In this document: in pieces, positions 49,600-63,720 of the stretch
Layout: every line of letters begins with the position of its first letter
Position numbering within the stretch: the stretch's first letter is position 1
NCBI RefSeq assembly: GCF_006345805.1
Contig: NC_043011.1
Span: forward strand, 19,790,464 to 19,854,463
Length of the DNA: 64,000 bases
Direction of reading: 5' to 3'
From: Octopus sinensis
Taxonomy: Eukaryota
Position numbers and translations under genes: made by a program
Notes under the pieces: generated by a model
What the model saw: the letters and a program-made list of their open reading frames with translations, nothing else
What the model was told of the DNA's origin: nothing
The model's database searches: none

Positions 49600-50604
49600 T
49601 GTGTGTTTATCAAATATACAGAGAAACACAAACACATACACACGCGCGCACACTCAAACACATACACCCACACACACAAGCAATGCATTAAAACTTCAGA
49701 TTTTGTGGAAACTCGTCCAACATCGATGTTTATCTATTTTTCATGAACTCAGCTATTTACATCGAAGGTAAAATTCTGCAGAATATGGCTTATATATAAG
49801 GGGAAGTCAAATAAAATATTAAAATATAATAATAATGATAATCTATGACAATTCATGACATCTATGTTCTCTTATTTACCTATTTGTATGCGCACTAAAA
49901 TTTCTCATTAGATTCATTATCAGTTATTATCTTAGATGCTATATATCTATTGCTAAATTTCTACTTTTTATGTTCAAGAACAATAACATTGCAAATGAAA
50001 GATTTATATTACTACATATAGCCGAGAAATACTTAAAGAAAGAAATATTTCTATTTACAATATTGTTTTAATGGAGTTATATTTATCAAATTAACTTCAT
50101 TATGGTGAATGTGTATCAGAGACTCTAACGATGTATGTTGAACTTTGTGAAAAAACAAAAAGCAATTCGCTAATGAGACGAATGACGTGTAACTAAATTA
50201 CAAACATCTCTTTATGCAAAATGTTCTGTATCCCACTTATGAATACATCTATAATGTGTTTCTTTGTGTCTGTGTGTCTGTATGCTGACACCTCACCACC
50301 TAGAATTGCTGCGTTCGATCCCAGTAAGTGCTATCTTTGGCAAATGTCATTTATCTAGCTTCGCGTGTATTCAAACTGTGTGAATGAAAATTCGTACATA
50401 GAAAATGATCAGAGATGTCCTACAAAAGATATAAATCCGTGAGCCAATGTCTACAGACTTGTTAAACACTGTATCGCATTTGGTTTATCAAGAAATTACT
50501 TTAAATGTATAACTGTCTTCGGAAAACTTCGCCACATTGAATACTCATTGTGGAATACTCATTGTGGAAATCTATGCAGATCCAGTTACTTATGGGCATC
50601 TACT

Positions 50605-50795
50605 TTATCTCTTTTGCCTGTGTTGGTCATTAGACTGCAGCCATGCTTGAGCAGCGCCTTGAATTTTCAGGTACTTAATCTATCCGTCTATTTCGCGAAA
50701 ACTATAAGTTATAGAGACGTAAACACAACAACAGCGGTTGTCAATCGGTGGTAGCGTACAAACACAGATACAAAAACAAACAGAAACACACACAC
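50605..50795 (-). mobile_element. Degenerate SINE family A 3' half
   Basis: gtcattagactgcagccatgcttgagcagcgcctt...taagttatagagacgtaaacacaacaacagcggttgtcaa. Confidence 0.7.
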
Positions 50796-51831
50796 ATAAT
50801 TAGCCGACCTTGAGCCGTTCAAGCTGTCACCACTGATGGTGCCTACGGCATAGGCGAAACTGATCCTCGAAGCGGCCATGAGTTGGTTACCTTCCCTGTC
50901 TGTATACGTATATATTTGCGCTCTTCTTACAACATTTGGAGTATTTATATGAATACAAATTTTCAGAAGGTTTGAATGAATACATAAATACATATCAAAC
51001 TTACTCACATGCACACAAGCTCATATGATATATATGATATATAATTCCTTCGTTAATTTAGGCTTTTCGGATCATAAAAATGAATACCATTTTATTAGTA
51101 TTTAGGAGTAGTGGGCAGCAACAGATATGTTTGACCTCCGGTAGATATTCTATGCTTAATCTGCTTTGCTGCATTGGATTACAAAACACACCTTATTGAA
51201 AAGTAATGGCTCTTGCAGACAAAATTCTCACGAAATATTAAGCATATCATTATAACACCCATATATTTTACTGCGTTGGTTGCCTTTATTTAATCCACAA
51301 AACTTCATCTTTGTATAGAGAAACGGCAAATTGATTCGCATACCTGAGACTATTAAAGTCCTCAATAACTTACAGTATTGTCTCATATCATAAAGTGATA
51401 AAAATGGATATTATTGTGAACACCGAAAACGGGATGGACAGATAGTACATGGCAGTGCATGCAAGACCTATAATATTAAGGTTAAACAAAACAGCATATT
51501 CCGAAACACGTTTATATATTTCAATTCATTGCTCATATATACGCGGATATTGTGTTATATACGCGGATATAACACAAGAGCCGTGTAAGACTTGTGTGTG
51601 TATATATGTATGTATTTATGTATGTATGTATGAATGTATGCATGTATGTCTGCGTATGTATGTATGAGTATGTGTGTTCTGTGTATCTATGTGTATACAT
51701 TTTTGCATACACACATAGAGAGAGACAGATAGATACATACATACACACATACATAAATAAATGTGTGTTCGTTTGTGTGTCTGTGTGCGTTTGTGTATCT
51801 GTGTGTGTTTGTGTGTATCTTTGTGTATGTA

Positions 51832-51871
<40 letters not shown>

Positions 51872-52064
51872 GGGATTGCCTGCCAAAGAGAGGGATAACA
51901 AAAAGAGATGAAGATTTATTGGCTGTGAAGTGACCTATTTGTTCTAAGGAAGATGAGTTCACTTCAAATATCCAGACAATGAGATGAACCGACACAAAAT
52001 CTACTGATGTAAGATTCTCCATTTTCATTATGATTGTCAAGGAATTATGGTAATATGTTCCTTT

Positions 52065-52220
52065 CCAACTTCCAGTTTGTTACATGTCGATCTCATATCC
52101 CACTGAGATCAACTTTGCCTTTCAACTTATCCTGGTCGATAGCATAAAGTACCAAACTCGTACCAGAACCGATATAATCGACTACATTCTCCTAAAATTG
52201 TACCAATATTTGAAACATTT
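52065..52220 (+). mobile_element. Degenerate SINE family B fragment
   Basis: tcaactttgcctttcaacttatcctggtcgatagcataaagtacca. Confidence 0.6.
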
Positions 52221-53874
52221 AGTATATCAAATACTTTGCATTTTATAAAATAATTAGAAATCGACATTGCATTTTGAAAAGTAGCTTCAGTATGATAGGT
52301 AATATGACCATTTTTGTTGTATTATAGATGCAACCAATATTTCATACTGCTTTGTACAGTTAAACGTATTGCAGTGAGCCTTCATTCTCATACATATTTT
52401 TTTGGTATCATTTATAGTCAAAATATTTACACTGTTTACTGTGAAAATTAACAAAGCACACTTCCCTAGGCACCCCTCTACACACGGCAGCTCATCAGTT
52501 CTGATCAAAAGGGTTCCAGTCTTCACCTTCCCGCTTTATCAGATGTTGTATTAAGATTAAACTCTTTGAATGTCTTGCTTCAGATTTTGAAGTAAATGTT
52601 AAATGATATATACTTAATCCAAGTTTAGTGCTAATTGGCACTTCGAGATAGAAAAATTAGCCAGATAAAATAGCACTTACATCAATATATTCGATATGTT
52701 TATGTTTGAAAATAATATTTGATACGAAATTAAGAAAGTAGGAAATATTTTACGAAGATGTTGTTGATTTGTGAGAACTATTATATCGCGTTTTAGTTCT
52801 GGTTCCTCAAAAGAGTTCAAAGGAAATTTAAAAGAGAAATTCATAAAGCTAAATATTCTGAAAGAGATTAACAAATGATGAACTGTATCTTTATCTATTA
52901 TATCGCTCAGGTACAAAGTTTCCTTCACATACTAAGTATTTCTGTTACTAATGGAACGTGAAATTTGAATTTAGGTTTTACTGCGATCTGCAACATTCTC
53001 TTTCATATTTCTTTTTATGTTCAAATAAATTATTTATTTCTTGATAAACGGGTTTCGTCTAAGGATTCAACTACTTTTATCTACCTCATGATATTTATTG
53101 CCTCATTAAAACGCTCATTGATTTCAAATGCAATTTGTAACCCAAATTTTAAGAATCCTTACTAATATTTGCCTTATAGAGAGATTTGGTCGGTCATTTG
53201 TTTTTAATCTCACTTTGTATCGCATATTTCTTTCAGAAGTCAGCTATAATGTTCAGTATTCTATATAATATAAAACAACTACAAACTACTTTGCACGTAC
53301 TGATCAAAATGGCATACTTCCACGATATACTATACAACCAATTATACCAAAACACGTTATAATTACGGTTAGCATTTTATATGAAAAGTAGTATGGTGTA
53401 ATGTGCTACAGGAAAGGGAATAACCTTGTAATGCGCTTCATGAAAGGGAGCAAGCAGATTCTGGCTTCTTTAAAGCCGGAATCGTTTATTAGGTACTGGT
53501 GTGTCTTCCTTCTTTGAAACCTATTTCTTTTCATATTTTATTGAGAGATAACCCATAATTTAAGAAACTGTCTGTACGTTTCCTTAGATTATGATATGAA
53601 ATATGATTGAAATGTAACTCTTTCGACCAATAATAAATTTAAAATAAAGCCAAACTGAATGGTGAATACAATAGAATCTTTGTCTTATTTATACGCAGAT
53701 TGAGGCGTTGTAATTTTCAAACTGATTTCTACTGTTCCAGATTTAAAGATTATACATAGACATTTCGTAACTAACGATGAAGCGTCAAAAGTACAAGTAT
53801 GCAAATACGCAATCTACCACGATGCTAGCCTAATCCCAGGCTGTTTTATATTGTAGATTAGTGAACCGATTATG

Positions 53875-53922
53875 TTTCCTCTGAAGATCGTTCAACAAAT
53901 TTTGAAACAGTATATCAGGAAA
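53875..53922 (+). ncRNA. Degenerate hammerhead-like motif
   Basis: tttcct-CTGAAGA-...-GAAA-cagtata-TC-aggaaa. Perfect 6-bp stem I and correct core order, but stems II and III pair poorly. Confidence 0.4.
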
Positions 53923-55004
53923 GTCCCTCTGATATTTCCCTGCACACCACTAGTAAGGAATAATTTGTGTATATAAGACATCGTGGGGGATTGTAATTTT
54001 TGTATTTAATTCGGTAGTAGATATGGTTTTACAGGTTTTATATGCGATGTTCTTACTCTTGTGAACAAGGACTCCCTATTTTGGTATTCCTTTTGTTCAA
54101 CCACAACGACATAGCTTTATAGTTTTATTTCCTCTCACTACTGGAAACATTAACATTGGGTGTGGATGAGCCTGTATATGTGCACGTTATATGGGCACGT
54201 AAATATGTGTGTGGACGTGGGCTACTGTATGTAGATGTGTGTGTAGGTATGAGTGCTTATCCATGTGTAGTACTTCTCATATTTTCCAACTCTTTTCACC
54301 TGCAAATCATCTATGAACGTACGCATGTATCTATAAGTGTGTGAGGATTTACATGTGCGAATTCATATCCGTGTGTGTAAGAGTATCTATGGAGGGCAAA
54401 GTTATGTGCGCCTATGTGTATGTCTATGTATGCCTGTATGTTTACAGAATCGTGTTTGAAATTTTGCACACTTATGAGGATGGAGGTTTTATATGTAAGC
54501 ATGTATATGCGCATATATATATATATATGGGTGTGTGCACGTGTGTGTGCATTACACGTTAATTTCGTATAATAATAGGAATAAATTCAAATATGTAATT
54601 GAAATCTACTACGCCACATCGTATCCTACTGGCAAATACGCAGGCCGCTTACGTTAAGTATATGTAGACGGTATATATTACACAAGCGCAGCTTCTGTTT
54701 CATATTTTAACTTATTAATTTGCATGCATTATCTGGGCATACTCGCACATAGTTTGCACGCAATATGCATATAAGTCGTGATTTGTTTACGATCCTTTTC
54801 GTAGATGTGTAGTTTATAAGCCACAAACATGGTGGAAAATCAATTTTCATCACGCTTGGATGGGATTAAAGGCGAGTTATCTAACCTACCCATCCCTTTC
54901 AGGTGCTTTAACATCTAGCGCTTTTAGAGAGTATCGTCCACCAAACCAAATCGGAACCTACCGGTAAATGTATGGGCATATGCGTTAGGTATACGAGGTT
55001 GATA

Positions 55005-55121
<117 letters not shown>

Positions 55122-55190
55122 AAAAGTTCAGGGTGAATACTTGATAACTGTAAGCACCTGTATATGCCAGTTAGTGGTGTAGGTGATAGG

Positions 55191-55306
55191 ATATATTTAC
55201 CAAAAGAAAAACAGGATGCAAAGGATTGATATAAACTGTCCAATAAAGCCAGAAACATATGTACCACTAAATCCTTTGCATCCTGTTTTTCTTTTGATAA
55301 ATATAT
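55191..55306. repeat. 37-bp inverted repeat enclosing the 3' half of a hammerhead-like motif
   Basis: atatatttaccaaaagaaaaacaggatgcaaaggatt / aatcctttgcatcctgtttttcttttgataaatatat (1 mismatch). The loop contains gaaacatatgta. Confidence 0.9.
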
Positions 55307-56179
55307 ATATATATATATGTATATATATGTATATATATATACATATATATATGCATATATATATATGTGTGTGCGTGTGTGTGTATTTATGTATGTATGT
55401 ATGTAAATATACGTGCGTATGTCTGCGTGTGTGTATGTAAATACAATAGGTGTGTATGCTCAACATAGAATACACGTAAGTGTCCCCAAAAGATTTGAAC
55501 TTAAACTCGGAATTCTTTGTGCTGGGCAAGGGTCTCCGCATTTGAAGTGCCTATGAAAAGTATGCAAATGGAGTTGATATTCAGGTAGTAATGAAGAGTG
55601 GCTTGACATAAGTATATTTTCATGGAGAATAAAAATGAAGAATAAAGACTATTATATGAAGAAAATGTGTAATTTCGTAATTTGACGGTTGCTTCAGAAA
55701 GCCAAGAGATGCGTAATTATCATAGTAGTCTTAGTTTGCAAACGAAATATGTGCAGAAAGTATTGGTATTTAACGAGGTAATCAGTTGCATGAAGATATT
55801 ATAATTAGCTCACCTCCTCTTATCAAGAGTAGATCGCTGAGTGATATTCTGTAGTAGTGTCTGCAAAAAGAAACGGTTAAAGAAAGACAGGATGCAGAAT
55901 GAGTTCAAGTGTGAGGGATAGAGGCGCACTTCTAGAACATAAGAAGAACGCAAAAAGAATGGAATAGAAGAAACAGATAGAAGAGAGAGGAGGGGAGGAG
56001 ATATGCGGCCACTCTCACAAAAATACATGCTGAGCAGTAGAGCATGCGATGTGGGATTGTGGATAATATTTTAAATTCAAATCTGATCGTAATAGGTCTA
56101 AACTGTTAATTCAATTAGAGTTACCTATTACTTGCAAGCGATATCGGTCCTGGCAATATAAAAAAAAATAGTTGATATA

Positions 56180-56385
56180 TTGATTTCAAATTTTGCTGCA
56201 GGACCAAGAGAGGTAATTCGAATACATCAAACCCAGTACTTAACTGATACTTATTTTATCGACCCAGAAATGTAAAATGTAAAATCAGCCTTGGCAGTAT
56301 CCCGAGATAAAGACGAGTGAAATGCCGATTAGTATGAACGTAAAGACGGTTGCAATACTCACTGACTCAGCCAGCTCACCGTCTT
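56180..56385 (-). mobile_element. Degenerate SINE family B copy
   Basis: cccagtacttaactgatacttattttatcgacccagaaa...gccagctcaccg. Confidence 0.65.
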
Positions 56386-56718
56386 AGAAAACTAAAAGAA
56401 AAGAAAAAAAAAATTATATATTGAACCGTAATAGCTAACTTGTCCCGTTCGACTTTACAGAAACTCGTTGTAAAGAGATATTGAAATATATGTTACCACT
56501 CTCTATTATATATTCGTTAAATGCCTCAAAAACCGAGAGCCTCCTGAAATACCGTTTAATAAGTGTACATCTAAAATATTATTTGTTGTTCTACATTGAA
56601 ATATCACATCAACGCCTCGATCCTTCGGAATTAAAGACAACCTTATATATTTTGAATAAATATATTTATATAATATATATATAATAAATGTAATAAATAT
56701 CCATACATATATATATAT

Positions 56719-56763
<45 letters not shown>

Positions 56764-57845
56764 CACACATAGATACATACATAAAACACACACACTTCTG
56801 AGGAAAGTAATTCAATTTAAGCGTTTAACAGTTAGAAGATTTAATGGACAGTATTAACAATTGTACCTTTAAGCTTTCTCTGGAAACTCCAGGTTATATT
56901 AGATATGGATTTCGCATTCAAACTAAGGAAATTGTAACCTCCGTATACATTTCAACGATTATTATCTTCCCCGTAATTTATCCGTCTCGAAATTGCATAA
57001 GTTATATAATTTAAAGTAGATACATAACCAGCGTTATTTACACGCAATTTATGTAAGTCTGAGTGCATGTGAGTATATGCGCGTGTTCGATAAATATAAA
57101 TGTTTGCTTATCATAATCGTAAATGCGAGGAAAAATTTACAATTTTGTTCGGTATGTTTGCTTCGAGAGGACTATCACTAATGTATTGGTCTTAAGCCAA
57201 AGTGTACACTGACGTAATAAAGCCTCCAGTTAGAGGGAGTTAAATGCCCTAGGAATCTTGTAGTTCTTTCTTTTTAGGATCTTCTTATTTCATGGACAGA
57301 GAGGATCCTGGCGCTTGGAGTGACTTTTCGTTGGAGAGAACACTTTATTGTTGAACATGTTTTCTCTCAGAAGAGTTTGCACAGAAATACCCATGGTTAG
57401 AAGATTATTGGTTCCGGAAATGAAGGGAATGCTGAGGGTAAACATACCTATTAATCATGTTTGCTAAATTTTGAGATACACAAGGTAAATAAAATCAACG
57501 GTAATACACCTGACTATATGAAAACTGTGTACTTGGTTCATTTGTTTATCTATTTTGATTACGAACCTGGTTGAATAAATTCTATCGTCTGTGATTTTGT
57601 AAGTGCCGTAAGGTGGACCATTTTTTCATTCCACAGTTTCGTTGTTTTTCTTCATTGATGAGGTTGGCCTAAGAGAATAAGGTAAGGATTGAAATCAGCA
57701 CTGTAAGCTAGTATTTATGGATTAGGTAAATATCTACAAGCTACTTCTAATATGCTGTGTTTTTTAAATAATGATTATGCAGAAGTTAACAGAACAGATT
57801 CAATCGGTTAAAATGTTAAGCTTTCAGAATATCTTTCTTTTCTTA

Positions 57846-57900
57846 TTTCTTTACTGCCCACATGGGGCTACACACAGAGGGGACAAACAAGGGCAGATAA
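57846..57900 (-). mobile_element. Isolated SINE-B/LINE-type 3' tail (severely 5'-truncated insertion)
   Basis: tttctttactgcccacatggggctacacacagaggggacaaacaagg matches 15852-15898. Confidence 0.8.
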
Positions 57901-58099
57901 ACTGCGTTCTTTTCTAAAAGTCAGAAGGTGGTGTATCGTTTCTATGGCTAGAGTATTGCATAAAGTTTGAGTATTGACTCTAAAGTAATGAAAATAATTC
58001 GAAATAAGTAGAAATAGGTTGTTCAAATTCTAAGTTTGAGGAAAATGACTCTACCCCCATAGTAACACTGCTCCTCTTCCATTCTTCCTCCTCGCAAGC

Positions 58100-58530
58100 A
58101 AATAATGGGTTCCAAGCAGAAGCAATGCGTCGTCGTTGAGTACTTGACACAAAGATGATTGAAAGATTTACAAGAACCATCTGCACAAACGGATGAAGCT
58201 TTAAAAAGATGACAAATCGCGCGGTTAGAAGCTATCCTCTGCGACTGGTACATATCAGCAGAGACTGGAGGAAAAACTTCGGGCGCACTGACAAGTCACA
58301 ATCCGTCATTTTGCTGGACTGCGGCCACAATACATCACTACATACGATGGGAAACATTAGGTATCAGAATGTGACTACAAAGTAAGTACTTCTGTGATTG
58401 ACACCTAAATTGAATGAAAAATGCGTGGGATCGTGCTCCGATCTTCTGGATGCAGTTCAAACCAATAAACAGATTGCTTTTGTACGATATTGAGACACGC
58501 AATGAAACATGGGCATACATTTATGATATG
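58100..58530 (+). mobile_element. Highly decayed mariner transposase fragment
   Basis: KQKQCVVVEYLT; GYQNVTTK*VLL*LTPKLNEKCVGSCSDLL (decayed WVPRxL region); IETRNETWAYIYD (decayed IVTGDETW). Confidence 0.6.
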
Positions 58531-59936
58531 TAATCAAAGTTACCTATTATCCTTCCAGGGTCGAATAAATAGCTTACCGGCAGAGAGTAAATGTCAATTC
58601 ATTGACCCTAAAGAGATACGAATGGTATTATAATAAAAGACAACTGCAAAGGTAATGTTAGCCTGGTTAAATAACACGAACGGAAGATATTTAGTGTAGT
58701 TGTACAGCATCCTAACAATATGATCTTCCTGACCTTTCACTACATCAACATATTTACAATATGCTGTTCAGTTAATACGAGGCACACAGCTGCGATTACA
58801 TTTTTTCTTTTGTATTTGTCTGTTAGTTTAAACCCTCTGTAAGAAAGAGCGTCTTCATGAAACCCACGCTAAGAAAGTGTGCTTTCACTATTTCTTAATT
58901 CGAGTGTGGTTCAAAAGTTTGTGCAACTACCTTCGTGTCATAGAACATCAAAACAGTTGGAAGTGAAATTGCAGCTCAGAATTGTAAAGATTTATAAATA
59001 TATTTTCCCTTTGAGTATTAAAACAAATTAGCTTTGTTTTCAATATAGGAAGAAAGTAGATAGATCATGAAGAAATCATTGCGGGCACGTAAATATCTTC
59101 TTCTGCAAGCATATATGTGTATACGTGGTTGCTGTTAGGCTTCTCTGATTGGATTCTTATATTAACTGTCTTGTGTGTATCATGTTATTTGAGGTATTGT
59201 CGATGTTTACAATTGCCTTACGTCTGTTGATGCAACTATTTGTATACGTAATTACATCAGTGTTTGTGACTATTTGTTCATATCTCCGGATACATACGAA
59301 TACGAATATACATACAAGCACACATTTTAATGTGTGTAAGTGTGCATTTATCTGTGTCTGTTCTGTGTATGTATTTGAAGTTAGCAGCATGTGTGAGTAT
59401 TTTCACATGTATGTCTGCGATGTTTATATATGTGCATCCACTTTTCTATGAATGCGTGACTCTTAATACCTCTATGTCACTATGCATATGTTCTCCAGTT
59501 TAAACACGACAATGTTGGCATTACACGAATCTGTGTGTTATAGGTATTCGTGTAACGTCTATGTGTTTATATTTAGTCGAAAGATTGTAAGAAATTTTGA
59601 AAGAAAACATAAATATGCTATGACCTATATGTCTTTCTCAAGTGTATTAATACCACGAAAGTAGTAAATATCCTTGCATATTAAATGAAACTAGAATTTT
59701 GTATTCCTTAATTGCCTTATGTATGACGATGTCAGTAGGCAGACTTGTGGACAATTTGACAGATATATCTTCGTTTCTATGGTAAAGCTTGCGTGTGTGT
59801 ATTTTGCACGCATTAAAATACTAAAATTCTTACCTAATTGAAGAGAGAGATGCTATTCCCGAAATGTAGTGTTGGGCCTCATTGTTTATATATAGATGTT
59901 CTTGTCGAATACTTCGAAATGCATATACTATATATA

Positions 59937-60895
59937 CGAGGGGAAGTCAATAATTTTCCACACTTTCGCCATAACATTTTTATTATTGCCCTATGCGCAT
60001 ACATGCTTATAGCTGGTATTATTGTGGTACTACTTGATAGAAGTTTGAGCCTGATTGCGCCATTTTTCTTTATGGCTTTACAGTGTAAGCACATCCGCTC
60101 AGCTAGCAATGTGTATCAAAGAAGAACAAAGAGCAGTGATCTGATTTCTCTGGTTGGAAGGTGTGTCAGGTGCTGAAAGCCATCGGAGACATTTAGTAAA
60201 ATACGGGGACAGCGCACTACCGCGTAGAAATGTGTATGAGTGGATCGAGAAGTTTAAAAGTGACTGGGCAAGCATGACACACGAAGGGGGAGCGGGACGC
60301 TCGTTAACTCCCACCACTGACGAGAATATTCAACATGTTGGGCGAGTTATCATCGATGAGGTAGTTCGTTCTCTGCAGATTAGTCATGGTTCTGTCAATA
60401 AGCTCGGCGTCATAAAGACTGTGCATCATGGGCGCCAAGAGAGCTTGCTGCAGAGTACAAGCGCAAACGTCTCGAGGTCTATTAAAGTTGACCCGATCGC
60501 TATAACAATGAGGGCAAGTAATGTTTGAGCAGAATAGTCACAAGAAATGACACGTGGGTCCATCGTTATGAGGCAGAATCCAAAAGACAGGGTGTGGAGT
60601 GGAAGCATCCTTGTTCGCCAGCGACGAAGAAATTCAAGACTCAGTTTTTCACGGGAAAGGTGATCCTAACCATCTTTTGGGAACTCAGAAGAGCTTATAC
60701 TGTTACGCTGCCTGGAAAAGGGGTGTGCAATCAACAATGCAAGATACAGTTTTCTGTTGGCCAACAAACTGGGGACAGCAATTCGCACCAAACGCCGAAG
60801 CCTATTGTCGAAGCGAGTTTTGTTGTTGCATGACAAAGTACGCCCACACATGGCCATCCAGACCATCGAAACCAATTGGGTTTTGAAGTTACTTC
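59937..60895 (+). mobile_element. Mariner transposon relic, 3'-truncated
   Basis: TA|cgaggggaagtcaataat TIR-like start; EEQRAVI*FLWLEGVSGAESHRR...NVYEWIEKFK...GAGRS; SRIVTRNDTWVHRYEAESKRQGVEWKHPCSPATKKFKTQ..GKVILTIFWE; LLLHDKVRPH. Confidence 0.92.
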
Positions 60896-60899
60896 CCAA

Positions 60900-61082
60900 C
60901 AACAGGGTTCAGTTGCACTACGTGGCATTTGTCTTCTACTATAGCTACGGGCTGATTAAAGCCTTATGAGTGGACTTGGTTGTTGGAAACTGAAAGAAGC
61001 CTTCCTATATATACATTATCACGTGATCACGTGACCGACCAGACCATCAGATGTTGTTACACATCGCTAGTCACAATGCGTT

Positions 61083-61113
<31 letters not shown>

Positions 61114-61275
61114 CTTTGTTAGTCCCCGCACTGTCGCTTCACAACCGATGGTGTGTTTATGCGCCGTAACATAGCGGTTCGGCAAAAGAGGATAAGTACG
61201 AGAATACAAATAATAAGTGTTGGGGTAAATTTGTTCGACAAAAGTGCTCCAACATGACCGCAATCTAAGGACTGA
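60900..61275 (+). mobile_element. Degenerate SINE family A with an insert in its central microsatellite
   Basis: gggttcagtt..gtcttctactatagc..aagccttatgagtgga..ggaaactgaaagaagcc ... caaccgatggtgtgtttatg..agcggttcggcaaaaga..gtgctccaacatgaccgca. Confidence 0.8.
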
Positions 61276-61559
61276 TTCCGTGCTACTTAAAGATTCCAAG
61301 CCCCTAACGGGAATTTTCGTCCGGCCAGTGGAAACACAAATAAATATGAAGGTGCAGTAAGTCCAAGATGGTTACATGCAGATGGGCTGCAATTGGTCAT
61401 GGAAGGTCACGTGATATCAGTATTAGTATGAATAGTGAAAGGACGGCAGTTTCTTACGAAAAAAAGATGCCTGTTTTAACAGGAAATTGGTGCCGGTGGT
61501 GCGACTCGGTGTATGGTTAAGGGAATAGGCACGTGAACATGCATGCACGTGATTATCAC

Positions 61560-61765
61560 CTAACTCCCAATAAATGGTTTTCTTTCCTCCGAGGGCACAG
61601 CTGATTGTATCTTTACTGTCAGATAATTACAAGAAAAGTGCATTGAACAGAATCTTGCTCAATACCATTTGCTTTGTTGATTTGAGCAAAGCATTCGATA
61701 CTGTTAATCGAAATGCTCTGAGCAAATTTTAAAGAAAATAGGTTGCCCAGAAAAATTTGTAAACT
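61560..61765 (+). mobile_element. RTE-clade LINE RT fragment
   Basis: GTADCIFTVR*LQEKCIEQN...CFVDLSKAFDTVNRNAL..ILKKIGCPEKFVN. Confidence 0.88.
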
Positions 61766-61774
61766 ACATATACT

Positions 61775-61817
<43 letters not shown>

Positions 61818-62166
61818 ATGTGTGTGTGTGTGTGTGTGTGTATGCATATATCTATATCTATCTATCTATATATATATATATATACATGATCATTTATAGA
61901 GATGAATATCACGTTATTAACACTCCCTTTGTTTTTCTTCCTCTGTCCCTCCTTTTTTCCAAATAAGTAAAACCAATGTTAACGGTCACCAGGACTTGTG
62001 AGAACATGAGTGTATTTGCAAATGTGTTGATTGGTATAAACTGGAAAATGAAAAGAGAAAAGACAAAAAAGAAAGAAAGAAAATACTTTGAAATGAAATT
62101 TCAATGAACTGACCACACCAAATTGAAAAGAAACCTCTCTCTCTTTCCCATCTATCTATCTATCTA

Positions 62167-62207
<41 letters not shown>

Positions 62208-62602
62208 CTATCCTTTTCACATCCTATAGTATTATTACTTCCCCCCCCCTCTTTCTTGATCCTCCTCAACCATCTCTATCTATCTATTCTCCCCCCACCA
62301 AATTGTTTTTCTATCTCTCTCGCCCTTTTTCCAAAACAACAAAATCAATATTCTCCAATTCTAAACAACCCCCCCCCCAAAAAAAAAAAACATCCGATTC
62401 ATATAAACGAACAACGGAAAGTTCAGTTTTTACCATTTTGATTTTCATTTTATCTTGACGAGTTCGCAAGCGAACGAAAGCGCTGCTGAACGATTATCCA
62501 ACATTCTGACTGTCTCCTTTTTTCTTTTAATATGCAATATCTGTACACCACTTCAAACATTCTTGAATACATATAAATATAAAATAAATACACACACACA
62601 CG

Positions 62603-62660
<58 letters not shown>

Positions 62661-62864
62661 GGTTCCCAGGAAGCTACAAGATGTTGCACGGTTTACTCAC
62701 CGCGGCATACACTGTTTGTGGTAGCAGAAACAGCCGGAGGCTTATGATATTTATCCCGTAACTCTTGTTCCCTCGTCAGTTGATAATTACTATTTTACCC
62801 TATACTCGCCTAACGTTTTATTATGAAGCATATGTATATTGCTTTCTAACAACTATCGCAATGC

Positions 62865-62899
<35 letters not shown>

Positions 62900-63439
62900 C
62901 ATAAATATATATGTATATATATATATACATATATACATATATATATATATATATTATATATTATATATTATATATATATATATACTTTATATATATATAT
63001 TGTTGGTATATTTTTTAATATATATCTTATGTGCTGAGGTATAAATTTCCTCAATCTCTTATAAAGAATATCTCATCTGTTCCATTCTAAACTTTGATTG
63101 TAAGAAATATAATGTTTGGAACTAGTGGGAAGTATTTCAGTATATTGAGCTTAGCGAACTGAAGTAAAAGAAGTGATTTTCAACTAAATACCTACTTTTT
63201 TTATTGTCGGCAACAAAATATAGTATACGAATATAAAATCTACTTCAGACATGCGACATAAAATTTACTGCTTGAAAAATCTTGACTTAGTTGATTCAAA
63301 TTCGACTTGCTTTTCCGGAAATAAATTCGATGACAATTTTACTCACGGTATCAACATGTGATGCTGACACGGTAATAGTGTTGGTATCAAACGAATAGAC
63401 GTTTCCTCTAAGTCTCCTGGCCATAAAATAAATCCTCTG

Positions 63440-63720
63440 ATGTCACGTTACAATGGCTTCTCTACATCGTCTCTGAATCAAAATTATTTGATATCCGTGC
63501 CATAATAGCAGAAACAGACATAAATCTGCTTGAAAGTCATTGCCAATGGTCGTTATCATACCGGGGATAGTAAAAGACGGAACAGAAAAGGAGTCAGACG
63601 GACAACAAATTGTTCGTGGTTTGGTTTTGTCACTAAATGTGACTAATTTCAAGGTCAAAGATCCTAGTTCGCTGCAGCCTAGCCTTACGATTTGTGGGCA
63701 GCGCTAGACAATGAGAGCAT
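63440..63720 (+). mobile_element. Possible decayed RTE-type LINE C-terminus
   Basis: Weak similarity (LKVIANG..PG...RRNRKGVRR) to the RTE C-terminal G.R.RGR region; many stops. Confidence 0.35.
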
